Part shown: piece by piece, positions 43,311-53,550 of the stretch
How positions within the stretch are numbered: position 1 is the first letter of the stretch
Layout of the letters: the number at the start of each line of letters is the position of its first letter
NCBI GenBank assembly: GCA_963728565.1
Contig: CAVSLC010000019.1
Location: 160,001-224,000, forward strand
Source of the DNA: an uncultured delta proteobacterium
GTDB lineage: Bacteria > Desulfobacterota > Binatia > UBA9968
Direction: 5' to 3'
DNA length: 64,000 bases
Notes under the pieces: model-generated
What the model was told of the DNA's origin: nothing
The model's input: only the letters and a program-made list of their open reading frames with translations
Databases searched by the model: none
Translations under genes and position numbers: made by a program

Positions 43311-43805
43311 ATGGCAGCACGAAAACAGCGGCGGATCGCGCTGAAGCAAGGGCGCATCGGCTTAATTTCCGACACCCACGGGTTGGTTCGACCGGAAGCT
43401 CTCGCGGCACTAAACGGCGTCGAGCTCATCGTGCATGCTGGGGATATAGGGAAGCCTGAAGTGTTGGATTGCTTGCAGGCCATTGCACCCTTAGCAGCCA
43501 TCAAAGGCAACAACGATCTCGCACCATGGTCGCGGCACATTCCCGAAGCGCTCGATCTGCTCCTTAACCACACAGGCGTACGGGTGATTCATAATGTTCA
43601 TGATCTAGAAAACAAGTTGCCGCCCGCGGGTGTTCAGGTCGTGATCAGCGGCCATTCTCATAAACCGTCAGTCGTGAGACGAGACAATGTGCTTTTTGTA
43701 AACCCCGGAAGCGCCGGCCCGCGACGTTTCAAACTGCCGGTGACCGTAGGGCTGTTACTATTGCAAAACGCTGACGTGCACGCAGAAATTATTCACTTGT
43801 TCTGA
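43311..43805 (+). CDS. Metallophosphoesterase (YfcE/MJ0936 family)
   Basis: ISDTHG, HAGDIG, GNND, GHSH, NPGSAG. Confidence 0.9.
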   Translation: MAARKQRRIALKQGRIGLISDTHGLVRPEALAALNGVELIVHAGDIGKPEVLDCLQAIAPLAAIKGNNDLAPWSRHIPEALDLLLNHTGVRVIHNVHDLENKLPPAGVQVVISGHSHKPSVVRRDNVLFVNPGSAGPRRFKLPVTVGLLLLQNADVHAEIIHLF

Positions 43806-43856
43806 GCTTGGACTGTTGAACATGAAGCCATTTCTCTTGCGACCGTATTTTCATCG

Positions 43857-43886
43857 TTGACTTTGGCTCTCCGTCAGGCGATAAAT
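43857..43886 (+). promoter_or_regulatory. Putative promoter of the pyr operon
   Basis: TTGACT followed 17 nt later by GATAAAT, just upstream of the attenuator. Confidence 0.45.
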
Positions 43887-43891
43887 AGCAA

Positions 43892-44004
43892 ATCCTTTTA
43901 AACCGGTCCTGTGAGATCGGTAAGGGAGCCATGCGGATAGTTACACCCCCAAGATTTTCCGGATTCTTCGGGCCTCCTCAACGCGGTTGAGGGGGTCTTT
44001 TTTT
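43892..44004 (+). promoter_or_regulatory. PyrR-binding attenuator (binding loop, antiterminator, terminator)
   Basis: CCTTTTAAACCGGTCCTGTGAGATCGGTAAGG resembles the PyrR binding-loop consensus (UUUAA...GUCCNGNGAG); ACCCCCAA is partly complementary to TTGAGGGGGT of the terminator GGCCTCCTCAAC-GCG-GTTGAGGGGGTC-T7. Confidence 0.85.
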
Positions 44005-44008
44005 ATCT

Positions 44009-44557
44009 ATGGCCAGTGAAAAACAAATCGTCCTGACCAAGCAGGAGTTGGCCAAAGCGATTACCCGCATGGCTCATGAGATGCTTGAGAAAGCCGACAG
44101 CTTTGATGAGTTGACGCTCATCGGCATACGTTCCCGCGGCGTGCATATCGCTCGGCGTTTGGCCCGTAAGATCGAAGAGCTTACCGAGCACGCACCGCCA
44201 CTAGGTGTCCTCGATGTGACGCTTTTTCGTGATGATAAGACGCAAACACAAGCTTCCGCTGCGGCAACCGCGGGTGAAATCTCGGTCACGCTGGAAAACA
44301 GGATCGCCGTCTTAGTCGACGATGTTATTTTTCGTGGGCGGACGATCCGCGCGGCCCTGGAAGCGGTCGAGCGTCTCGGCCATGCCAAACGGATCATCCT
44401 GGCGGTTCTGATCGATCGCGGCGCGCGGGAGTTGCCAATCCGGGCCGATATCGTCGGCAAGAATATCGAAGCTTCGGATTCGCAACGAGTGAACGTCTTG
44501 CTGGAAGAATCCGATGGCATCGATCAAGTGATTGTGACGCCCTGGAATCCAGCTTGA
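44009..44557 (+). CDS. pyrR: Pyrimidine attenuation regulator / UPRTase PyrR
   Basis: TRMAHEM, GIRSRG, DVTLFRDD, LVDDVIFRGRTIRAAL, DRGARELPIRAD. Confidence 0.93.
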   Translation: MASEKQIVLTKQELAKAITRMAHEMLEKADSFDELTLIGIRSRGVHIARRLARKIEELTEHAPPLGVLDVTLFRDDKTQTQASAAATAGEISVTLENRIAVLVDDVIFRGRTIRAALEAVERLGHAKRIILAVLIDRGARELPIRADIVGKNIEASDSQRVNVLLEESDGIDQVIVTPWNPA

Positions 44558-44567
44558 GGAATCGAAC

Positions 44568-46490
44568 GTGACCACGGCTAACCTAGTTTCCATCGCGGAT
44601 CTCACCAATGACGAGATCGAAGAGATTTTCGATTTAGCAGACGCATCCGACAGGTTGCGCAGTAAAAAGGTCGGCCATGGCAAGATCATGGCCACTTTGT
44701 TCTACGAACCGAGTACTCGCACTCGTTTATCGTTCGAATCCTCAATGCAGCGGCTCGGCGGCACTGTGATCAGCTGTTCGGATATGCAGGCCTCGTCGGC
44801 TGCCAAGGGGGAGAGTGTCGCCGACACCGCCAAAGTAGTCTCGAGTTATGCCGACGTTCTCGTGGTTCGGCATTACTGGGACGGCGCAGTCCAGGCTGTG
44901 GCTGAGCACGCCGACGTTCAGGTGATCAATGCCGGGGACGGCGGCCATGAACATCCGAGTCAGACGCTTTGCGATCTCTATACGCTGCGCAAAGAGAAGG
45001 GCGAGCTCAAGGGTCTCAACGTGGTTATTTGCGGCGACTTAAAAAACGGTCGAACAATTCATTCTCTGGTGTATGCATTGGCCAGGTTCGGCGCCAATAT
45101 TGTGACTCTGGCAGCCAACGGGATGGAGCTGCCCCACTACGTTCTGGAGCGATTGGAGCGCGAGTTTCAGTATACCTTAGCGCCGGTTGCCGGCGACGAT
45201 CTGAGCGCCGTGGTTACCGAGACCGATGCTTTTTATCTCACTCCCAAGCAGCCGCATCAGCTGGCTTTGTTTACCGCGCTGGACAGCACGATTCAGACTC
45301 GGATTACGAGTCTGGTATCGGGATTGCGCTATGACGCTTTTTACATGACGAGAAAGCAAAAAGAGCGCATGACAAACTCTGCGGCGGCGGGTGACTATCC
45401 CACCATCGGATCTAAGTTTCTCAAAGAGCAGCGCTTCAAAGATACAGTGGTGATGCATCCCTTGCCGCGGGTCGACGAGCTTTCGCCGGAGCTTGACAAG
45501 GATCGGCGCGGCATCTATTTCAAGCAAGCCGCGTATGGGGTGCCTATTCGTATGGCGCTGCTACATTTTCTGTTTGAGAAAAGGCGCCGAGCAGGGATCG
45601 GCAAGATGGCAAAAAGCTCGGTGCTATTCGAAAGCCCGCACCCGATCGGCCCGCATTGCCCTAATCTCAAGTGCATTACTGTCAACGAGCCGGGTTCGAC
45701 GCGGCTTCGGTTTGAGCTTCAATCCGAAGGCCCCGCCGGCGCGTTGATTTTGCGATGCCTTTACTGCGACCACCGCTTCAAAGTGCAGCTCGTCGGTCAA
45801 GTGACCTCAAAGAAGTATTGCGCCTACGATATCGCGCTTGCGGATAACATTGCGCGTTGGCTTAAGGACGGTGAACTGGCAATCTTTGATTCCATCAAGC
45901 AAGCTGAAGAGCTTGGCTATGGACCTTACGAGAGCGGTCCGCGCCGTGCCATTATGGGTCAAGCTGAAGTAGATTCTGCAATACAGCAGATAAGTGCCCA
46001 GATTTTAGGCGATTACGCCAATCCGGACCGCTTGCTGATTGTCGGCGTCAAAACCAACGGATCGATGATCGCCCAACGAATCGCCGCCAATCTAGAAAGA
46101 GCACAAAAGCGAAAATTTGAACTGGCCGAGCTTGAAACCTATGGAGCGGGCGAAGACCTTCGCCGCGTGTTTCCCGCGGATCCCGAGTTAGGACCGATCC
46201 AATTGCGCGATCGATCCATCATTCTGGTTGATGACGTCATTCATACCGGACGAACGGTGAAGACCGCCTTGAGCATCATTTTTAGATCGGGGCGGCCCCA
46301 ATCGGTGCGTCTGGCGGTTTTGATTGACCGCGGGCATCGGCAGATTCCGGTCAAACCTAATTACGTCGGTAAACATATACCCACCGCAGACCACGAGCGC
46401 GTGCGTGTTCATTTGCGAGAACTGGAGCCCGATGGGCAAGATAAGGTGCTGGTTTATTCCATCATCAACCCAGGCGAGAACCGCCGCTGA
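44568..46490 (+). CDS. pyrB: Aspartate carbamoyltransferase fused to a PyrI-type zinc domain and a C-terminal PyrR/PRTase domain
   Basis: FYEPSTRTRLSF, HPSQTLCD, MHPLPR, YFKQAAYG; then CPNLKCIT...LRCLYCD; then LVDDVIHTGRT and DRGHRQIP in one 640-aa frame. Confidence 0.92.
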   Translation: MTTANLVSIADLTNDEIEEIFDLADASDRLRSKKVGHGKIMATLFYEPSTRTRLSFESSMQRLGGTVISCSDMQASSAAKGESVADTAKVVSSYADVLVVRHYWDGAVQAVAEHADVQVINAGDGGHEHPSQTLCDLYTLRKEKGELKGLNVVICGDLKNGRTIHSLVYALARFGANIVTLAANGMELPHYVLERLEREFQYTLAPVAGDDLSAVVTETDAFYLTPKQPHQLALFTALDSTIQTRITSLVSGLRYDAFYMTRKQKERMTNSAAAGDYPTIGSKFLKEQRFKDTVVMHPLPRVDELSPELDKDRRGIYFKQAAYGVPIRMALLHFLFEKRRRAGIGKMAKSSVLFESPHPIGPHCPNLKCITVNEPGSTRLRFELQSEGPAGALILRCLYCDHRFKVQLVGQVTSKKYCAYDIALADNIARWLKDGELAIFDSIKQAEELGYGPYESGPRRAIMGQAEVDSAIQQISAQILGDYANPDRLLIVGVKTNGSMIAQRIAANLERAQKRKFELAELETYGAGEDLRRVFPADPELGPIQLRDRSIILVDDVIHTGRTVKTALSIIFRSGRPQSVRLAVLIDRGHRQIPVKPNYVGKHIPTADHERVRVHLRELEPDGQDKVLVYSIINPGENRR

Positions 46491-46592
46491 TTATAAATTG
46501 CGCGATTTTCTATTATGCTTACCTTTCAATTTTTGTTTTGATTTCTCATTCTTTTACACGAGGTTTTTCAGCAGACGCGGGAACGGGAATCC

Positions 46593-47765
46593 ATGTTAAG
46601 AAAAGCAATATTGGCGCTGGCCGACGGCCGAGCTTTCGACGGCTTGTCTTTTGGAGCCGAAGGTGAAGTCGCGGGTGAAGTGGTGTTTAACACCAGTATG
46701 ACCGGGTATCAGGAGATTCTCACCGACCCCTCATACGAAGGCCAGCTCGTGGCCATGACTTATCCGCAGATCGGCAACGTCGGCATCAACCCGGAGGACG
46801 TAGAATCCCACAAGCCTTTTGTCAAAGGTTTCATCGTCAAAGAGTATACGGCGATGCCGAGCAATTGGCGCGCGACACAGCCGTTGCATGTTTATATGCA
46901 GCAGCACGGCATCGTCGGAATCCAAGGGATCGATACACGTTCTCTGGTCCGTCATCTGCGCGATTGTGGCGCGCAGGTGGGCGTGATCACAACTAGTTCC
47001 CAGAATACTGACGAGGCGATTGCAAAAGCCAAGGCTGCTCCAGGACTCGAGGGCCGTGATCTAGTGCGCAACGTGAGCTGTGCGAGTGCCTATGAATGGC
47101 ATCAGGGTTTGTGGCGACTGGGCGAAGGATATCGCAATCCGCCGGACGAGCCGCGGCGAAAAAAAAATGCCACGGATCGGGGACGCTCTGCTGTCCCTGT
47201 GCGTTCCGTCGTGGCTTACGATTTCGGCATCAAGTACAACATCTTGCGAAATCTCGCCGAGAGCGGTTGCCGGGTGAGAGTCGTTCCCGCCCATACTTCC
47301 GCAGAAGATGTTCTGGCCTTAAACCCCGACGGCATATTTCTATCCAATGGACCGGGCGATCCGGACGCGGTGTCTTATGCCAAAGACAACATCCGCAAGT
47401 TGATCGGCAGGAAACCAATCTTTGGTATCTGCCTCGGCCATCAAATTTTGGGTTTGGCCCTGGGTGGCAAGACTTATAAACTCAAATTCGGTCACCATGG
47501 CGGTAATCAGCCGGTGATGGACTTAACCACGCGTAAAGTAGAGATCACATCGCAGAACCACGGCTTCGCCGTGGATGCCGATTCTTTAAAAGGTTCGGTC
47601 CAAGTTACCCATCTCAATCTTAACGACAACACGGTGGAGGGGCTGGTGCATCGAGATTTGCCGATCTTCTCGGTGCAATATCATCCCGAGTCGTCACCCG
47701 GGCCGCACGATGCCAGCTACCTTTTCAAACGCTTCATCGAATTAATGGACCAGCACCAGGGTTAA
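46593..47765 (+). CDS. carA: Carbamoyl-phosphate synthase small subunit
   Basis: [33 protein letters not shown]. Confidence 0.97.
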   Translation: MLRKAILALADGRAFDGLSFGAEGEVAGEVVFNTSMTGYQEILTDPSYEGQLVAMTYPQIGNVGINPEDVESHKPFVKGFIVKEYTAMPSNWRATQPLHVYMQQHGIVGIQGIDTRSLVRHLRDCGAQVGVITTSSQNTDEAIAKAKAAPGLEGRDLVRNVSCASAYEWHQGLWRLGEGYRNPPDEPRRKKNATDRGRSAVPVRSVVAYDFGIKYNILRNLAESGCRVRVVPAHTSAEDVLALNPDGIFLSNGPGDPDAVSYAKDNIRKLIGRKPIFGICLGHQILGLALGGKTYKLKFGHHGGNQPVMDLTTRKVEITSQNHGFAVDADSLKGSVQVTHLNLNDNTVEGLVHRDLPIFSVQYHPESSPGPHDASYLFKRFIELMDQHQG

Positions 47766-47773
47766 CATTTTCG

Positions 47774-50700
47774 ATGCCGAAACGCACCGACATCAAGTCG
47801 ATCCTGCTGATAAGTTCAGGTCCGATTATAATCGGCCAAGCTTGCGAGTTCGATTATTCCGGCACACAGGCGCTCAAGGCGCTTAAAGAAGAGGGCTATC
47901 GGGTCATTCTCGTCAACTCCAATCCGGCAACCATCATGACCGATCCGGAGTTCGCGCATCGGACCTACATCGAGCCTATTACCGCTGATATTGTCGAGAA
48001 GGTGATTGCCAAGGAGCGGCCGGACGCGCTTCTGCCCACGTTGGGCGGACAAACGGCGCTCAATTTGGCCATCGATCTGGCGGAGAAGGGGGTCTTGGCG
48101 CGTTACGGCGTCGAGATGATCGGCGCCAAATTGGAATCAATCAAGAAGGCCGAAGACCGCGATCTGTTCAAGGAAGCGATGAAACGAGCCGGTTTGGATC
48201 TGCCGCGCAGCGGCTACGCGCGCAGCATGCGCGATGCCATGCGCATTCAGAAGCGGCTCGATTTTCCAGTCATCATCCGCGCCTCGCGCACGCTCGGCGG
48301 CAGCGGCGGCAGTTTTGCCTTTGGCCCGGAGGAGTTCCAAGAGGTGGTGCAAGCGGGCTTGAGCATCTCACCGGTTCACGAAGTGTTGATCGAAGAGTCG
48401 ATCATCGGCTGGAAAGAGTTCGAGCTCGAGGTCATGCGTGATCACAAGGACAACGTGGTGATCATCTGCTCCATCGAAAACTTCGACCCTATGGGCGTGC
48501 ACACAGGGGACTCGATCACAGTCGCGCCGGCGCAGACCCTGACCGACAAAGAATATCAGATCATGCGCGATGCCTCGTTGCGCGTGATTCGAGAAATCGG
48601 CGTCGAAACCGGCGGTTCCAATATTCAATTCGCGGTCAATCCGAAGGATGGCCGCATGGTGGTTATCGAGATGAACCCCCGGGTATCGCGAAGCTCGGCA
48701 TTGGCGAGCAAAGCAACCGGTTTCCCCATCGCCAAAATTGCCGCGAAGCTGGCAATCGGCTACACGTTGGATGAGATCCGCAACGACATCACCCGGGAAA
48801 CGCCGGCTTGCTTCGAACCGACTATCGACTATGTCGTGGTCAAAGTTCCACGCTTCACCTTCGAAAAGTTTCCCCAAGCCAAAGATTTGCTGACGCCGCA
48901 GATGAAGTCCGTGGGCGAAGCCATGGCCATTGGCCGCACCTTTAAGGAGGCGCTGCAAAAATCCATGCGTTCTCTCGAGATCGGTTCGTTTGGCTTTGAG
49001 CCTCGGGTAGACCTATCGCTTGATCGACGTGATCATGCCTTGAACACGGTTCGTGAGAAACTGAAAAATCCCAATTCACAACGGCTATGGTACTTGGCCG
49101 ATGCGTTCCGGCTCGACATGCCCGCCGAAGAGATCTATGAGCTGTCCCGTTTCGATCCATGGTTCGTCGAAAAGGTGCGCGAGATCGTCGCTACCGAGAG
49201 CGAGATCGCGGCGCATCGCGGCAAGTTGAATGAAGTCAGTAGCGAGGCGATGCGGGATTGGAAACAGATGGGCTTTGCCGACGTGCGCCTTGCCGATCTA
49301 ACGGGAACGACTGAAGCCGAGGTGCGCCGTCTACGAAAGTCTCAGGGCATCGAAGCTGTATTTTGTTCGGTGGATACTTGCGGCGCCGAATTCAAAGCGT
49401 TTACCCCTTACCTCTATTCGACTTACGAAGGCGAAGATGAGTCGAAGCCGACGCATCGCAGGAAAGTCATGATTCTCGGCGGCGGGCCCAATCGGATCGG
49501 CCAGGGTATCGAGTTTGATTACTGCTGCGTGCATGCCGCCTTTGCTCTCAAAGAAGACGGTTACGAGACTATCATGGTCAATTGCAACCCGGAGACTGTC
49601 AGCACGGACTATGACACGTCGGACAAGCTATACTTCGAGCCCCTGACCTTGGAAGAGGTTCTGAATATTGTCGATCGGGAAAATCCCGACGGTGTCATCG
49701 TTCAATTCGGCGGGCAAACGCCGCTTAAACTGGCATTGCCGCTAGAACGCGCCGGAGTAAAAATAATCGGCACCTCGCCGGACAGCATCGACCTCGCCGA
49801 AGACCGCGAGCGCTTTTCCGCGCTGCTCAAAAGACTCGGCATTAGACAACCCGATAACGGCATCGCGCGCTCCTATGAAGAGGCCTTTAACATCGCCGGG
49901 CGCTTGGGATATCCGGTGCTGGTTCGACCCTCGTACGTGCTCGGCGGGCGGGCAATGGAGATCGTTTATGATGCGGAATCGTTGCGGCGCTACATGACCT
50001 ACGCCGTGTCGGCATCGCCGGAGCACCCGGTTCTGGTAGATAAATTTCTCGATGATGCCATCGAAGTCGATGTCGATGCTTTGGCGGACGGGGATGAGGT
50101 CATCATCGGCGGGATCATGGAACACATCGAGCGGGCCGGCGTGCACTCTGGCGACAGCGCGTGTAGTTTGCCGCCGAAGTCGATCGGTGCAGAGGTCCAA
50201 GACACAATCCGGCAACATAGCATCCTCCTGGCCAAAGCTCTCAACGTCCGCGGCCTGATGAATGTTCAGTTCGCGGTCCAAGACAATAATGTGTTCGTGC
50301 TCGAGGTCAATCCGCGGGCCTCCCGTACGGTTCCTTTCGTCAGCAAAGCCACCGGCGTGCCTTTGGCAAAGATCGCCGCTCGAGTCATGGTCGGCCGCAA
50401 GCTACGCGAACTTGGCCTCACCAATGAGGTAGTGCCAAAGCACATTTCGGTTAAGGAGGCCGTCTTTCCCTTCAACAAATTTCCCGGAGTCGATACTTTG
50501 CTCGGCCCGGAGATGAAATCCACCGGAGAAGTGATGGGGATCGATGCCAATTTCGGAGTTGCGTTCGCGAAAGCGCAACTAGGCGGCGGTATGCGGTTGC
50601 CGCGTAAAGGGCGGGTGTTTATCAGCGTGCGTGACGAAGACAAAAAAATCGCCGCGGCCATTGCGCAGAGACTGCAGCACAGCGGATTTCGGATTATCGC

Positions 50701-51013
50701 AACACGGGGCACCGCGGCTTTTTTCACAGAGCGCGGCATCGCCACCGAGATCGTCAACAAAGTTCAGGACGGCAGCCCGCATATCGGTGATAAGATCAGA
50801 ACAGGGAAGATTGCCATGGTGGTCAATACGCCGGCTGATGCGAATTCCCAGGCCGATTCCTATGATCTCCGGCGTGGCGCGCTGGATTTTAATATTCCTT
50901 ACTTTACGACCATGGCTGGCGCGCAGGCCGCTGCCGAGGCTATCGAGTATCTGCGCAACAACGACTTCGAAGTTCAAGCGTTACAGGATTATCTCACTCA
51001 TCCGCTACCGTAA
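47774..51013 (+). CDS. carB: Carbamoyl-phosphate synthase large subunit
   Basis: [47 protein letters not shown]; 1079 aa. Confidence 0.98.
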   Translation: MPKRTDIKSILLISSGPIIIGQACEFDYSGTQALKALKEEGYRVILVNSNPATIMTDPEFAHRTYIEPITADIVEKVIAKERPDALLPTLGGQTALNLAIDLAEKGVLARYGVEMIGAKLESIKKAEDRDLFKEAMKRAGLDLPRSGYARSMRDAMRIQKRLDFPVIIRASRTLGGSGGSFAFGPEEFQEVVQAGLSISPVHEVLIEESIIGWKEFELEVMRDHKDNVVIICSIENFDPMGVHTGDSITVAPAQTLTDKEYQIMRDASLRVIREIGVETGGSNIQFAVNPKDGRMVVIEMNPRVSRSSALASKATGFPIAKIAAKLAIGYTLDEIRNDITRETPACFEPTIDYVVVKVPRFTFEKFPQAKDLLTPQMKSVGEAMAIGRTFKEALQKSMRSLEIGSFGFEPRVDLSLDRRDHALNTVREKLKNPNSQRLWYLADAFRLDMPAEEIYELSRFDPWFVEKVREIVATESEIAAHRGKLNEVSSEAMRDWKQMGFADVRLADLTGTTEAEVRRLRKSQGIEAVFCSVDTCGAEFKAFTPYLYSTYEGEDESKPTHRRKVMILGGGPNRIGQGIEFDYCCVHAAFALKEDGYETIMVNCNPETVSTDYDTSDKLYFEPLTLEEVLNIVDRENPDGVIVQFGGQTPLKLALPLERAGVKIIGTSPDSIDLAEDRERFSALLKRLGIRQPDNGIARSYEEAFNIAGRLGYPVLVRPSYVLGGRAMEIVYDAESLRRYMTYAVSASPEHPVLVDKFLDDAIEVDVDALADGDEVIIGGIMEHIERAGVHSGDSACSLPPKSIGAEVQDTIRQHSILLAKALNVRGLMNVQFAVQDNNVFVLEVNPRASRTVPFVSKATGVPLAKIAARVMVGRKLRELGLTNEVVPKHISVKEAVFPFNKFPGVDTLLGPEMKSTGEVMGIDANFGVAFAKAQLGGGMRLPRKGRVFISVRDEDKKIAAAIAQRLQHSGFRIIATRGTAAFFTERGIATEIVNKVQDGSPHIGDKIRTGKIAMVVNTPADANSQADSYDLRRGALDFNIPYFTTMAGAQAAAEAIEYLRNNDFEVQALQDYLTHPLP

Positions 51014-51020
51014 CGCCTTC

Positions 51021-53228
51021 ATGAATCTGCCGCGCCGCCGCGCTATAAAATCGCCGCCAGCAACGAAGGGCAGCGTTTCATCGACGCAAGCCGCCGCCCG
51101 CAATCTTCAAACGCCCCTGCGCTATCTCAAAGGTATCGGTCCCAAGCGCGCCGAGCAGTTGGCCGCCTTCGGGCTGCAAACAGTTGAAGATCTTTTGTAC
51201 CATCTGCCGTTTCGGTACGAGGACCGGCGCCATGTTAAGAACATAGACCAAGGCATCGTCGGCCAAGAGGAAACTTTTATCGGCGCGCTGGCGGCAGTTC
51301 AAAAAAAATACAACCCGCGCCGACGCTCACAGATTTTGACTGGTCGATTAACTGACCAGAGCGGCGCCATCGGTCTGGTCTGGTATCGCGCGCCTTCGTA
51401 CCTGGTCAATGCTTTGACTCCCGGACAACGTTTGGCCGTTCATGGCAGGGTAGAAGCGGGAGTGGGCGGGTTGAGACAGCTTGTCCATCCAGAATTCGAC
51501 ATACTCGAGGGCGACGATTCTTGGAAGGAGCCAAAGATTCTTCCGGTGTACGAACATCCCGCAACAGTCCCGCTTTCGTTGATGCGCAAGTGGGTTAGCC
51601 AAGCGCTTATCGCCTATGGAGGCAAGTTAGGGAGTCATCTGCCGCTGTCAACCATGCAGCGCCAAAAGTTGATCGATCCAACCGACGCGCTGGTTCAGCT
51701 CCATCAGCCGCCGGCGCAGGCAAGCGTGGCGGCACTCAATAGCTTTTCCTCACCGGCGCATCGCTCGATCATCTTCGATGAACTCTTTTACCTTCAACTG
51801 GGCCTGGCAATCAGGAAGAGAAAGAATCTTGGCAGCCGCGGCGTTCTTGTCAAACGTGGCGGCGGCCAGTTGACGCAAAAAATGGCGGCGCTCTTGCCCT
51901 TTAAGCTGACCGGCGCGCAGCAGCGAGTCTTAGCGGAGATCACCGACAATATGGAATCTGCCCAGATGATGCAGCGTTTGGTTCAAGGCGACGTCGGCGC
52001 CGGCAAGACTATGATTGCCTGGTTCAGTTCGTTGCGCGTCATTGAAAACGGATTCCAAGCCGTATGGATGGCCCCTACCGAGCTTTTAGCCGAACAACAT
52101 TATCGCAGTATCCAACCCTACGTCGAGAAACTTGCAATAAAAGCGAGGCTGGTGACCGGTTCGTTAACGGCCAAAGAACGCAACGCTGCCATCGATGAGA
52201 TCTCCAAGGGCGGTATTCAGTTGGTCATCGGTACCCACGCGCTGATTCAGGAAGGCGTGCAGGTGCCGCGCATGGCCCTGGGTGTCATCGACGAACAGCA
52301 TCGTTTCGGGGTGGTTCAGCGCCTGGCCCTGCAACGCATTACCGGCCGCGCCGATACTGCGATTTCCCTCACAGGACAGCCGCACATGCTGCTGATGAGC
52401 GCGACGCCGATTCCCCGCAGTCTCGCGATGGTGCTCTACGGCGATATGGATATCTCGGTGATCGACGAAATGCCGCCTGGACGACTGCCGGTAAAAACCA
52501 AGGTGTTTACCGAGTCACAAAGAAAAACGGTTTACTTACGGGTTCTGGATGAATTGCGCCTGGGCCATCAAGTTTTCGTTGTTTACCCGCTGGTGGAAGC
52601 CTCGGAACAACTTCAGCATGTTCGCGACGCCACACAGATGGCCGAGAAAATGCGCCAGTCGGTGTTCAAAGATTTTGGCGTTGGCCTGGTACATGGTCGC
52701 ATGGCTAGCGCCGAGCGAGACCAGATGATGCGCGCGTTTCGCGACGGAAGCATCCGGGTCTTGGTATCGACCACCGTGATCGAAGTGGGCATCGATATTC
52801 CCAACGCCACGGTGATGGTGATTGAGCACGCTGAGCGGTTCGGCTTGTCGCAATTGCACCAACTCCGCGGCCGCGTCGGCCGCGGCAGCGCGGCCGCCTA
52901 CTGTCTCCTGGTCAACCGTACGCCGAGAAATCCGGTTGCGCAGCAACGACTGCGTGTGATGGAGCGCGAGTCGGACGGTTTTCGCATCGCCGAAGCCGAT
53001 TTGGCGCTGCGCGGGCCGGGCGAATTCTTGGGCACACGACAGTCCGGTCTGAGCGATTTTCGTCTTGCCAATCTGGCCCGCGATAGCCGATTGTTGGTCG
53101 ACGCACGAGCCGAAGCGCAGGCTTGGCTGCAAAGTGATCCGGAGCTCAAAAGCCGCGAGTCGCAAGAGATGCGCCGGATTCTGCTCCAGCGTTGGGGTCA
53201 ACGTTTACAGTTGGGCGCCGTCGGTTAG
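51021..53228 (+). CDS. recG: ATP-dependent DNA helicase RecG
   Basis: LKGIGPKR, QGDVGAGKT, DEQHRFG, MSATPIPR, QLHQLRGRVGRG. Confidence 0.97.
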   Translation: MNLPRRRAIKSPPATKGSVSSTQAAARNLQTPLRYLKGIGPKRAEQLAAFGLQTVEDLLYHLPFRYEDRRHVKNIDQGIVGQEETFIGALAAVQKKYNPRRRSQILTGRLTDQSGAIGLVWYRAPSYLVNALTPGQRLAVHGRVEAGVGGLRQLVHPEFDILEGDDSWKEPKILPVYEHPATVPLSLMRKWVSQALIAYGGKLGSHLPLSTMQRQKLIDPTDALVQLHQPPAQASVAALNSFSSPAHRSIIFDELFYLQLGLAIRKRKNLGSRGVLVKRGGGQLTQKMAALLPFKLTGAQQRVLAEITDNMESAQMMQRLVQGDVGAGKTMIAWFSSLRVIENGFQAVWMAPTELLAEQHYRSIQPYVEKLAIKARLVTGSLTAKERNAAIDEISKGGIQLVIGTHALIQEGVQVPRMALGVIDEQHRFGVVQRLALQRITGRADTAISLTGQPHMLLMSATPIPRSLAMVLYGDMDISVIDEMPPGRLPVKTKVFTESQRKTVYLRVLDELRLGHQVFVVYPLVEASEQLQHVRDATQMAEKMRQSVFKDFGVGLVHGRMASAERDQMMRAFRDGSIRVLVSTTVIEVGIDIPNATVMVIEHAERFGLSQLHQLRGRVGRGSAAAYCLLVNRTPRNPVAQQRLRVMERESDGFRIAEADLALRGPGEFLGTRQSGLSDFRLANLARDSRLLVDARAEAQAWLQSDPELKSRESQEMRRILLQRWGQRLQLGAVG

Positions 53229-53550
53229 CAAAGCAGATAGACGATCAAGACGCGAGCCTTCAGGTATACTTGGAGACAATCCGAGCGCCAAGCCAGCTCA
53301 AAGCAGGTCATTGAAGCTGTTCGTTCCGATGCTTTCACCGCTCCAGCTGGCGCCTTGATCGCGCAATGGCGGATCTTGTTCAGGGAGCAATGATCACGAT
53401 TTCAACTGCCGGCGAAACGGTCAGATCGTCGAAACTGCGTGTCTTTTGCGCTGCTTCATGTCAGAATTGGCGCGGTCTAAAGTTGCGCCAGAATGGCCGA
53501 TAGCCTATAAAAGCAACGAAAGGTTTTTACCAGAAACGAGGTAGCGTCGA

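Noticed and set aside
47774-47830. CarB reads LISSGP instead of the usual IGSGP
   Set aside because: A single substitution that may be a base-call error; rest of CarB is canonical
50631-51020. 130-aa N-terminal extension of RecG
   Set aside because: Overlaps the carB 3' end; ATG at 51021 gives a normal-length protein
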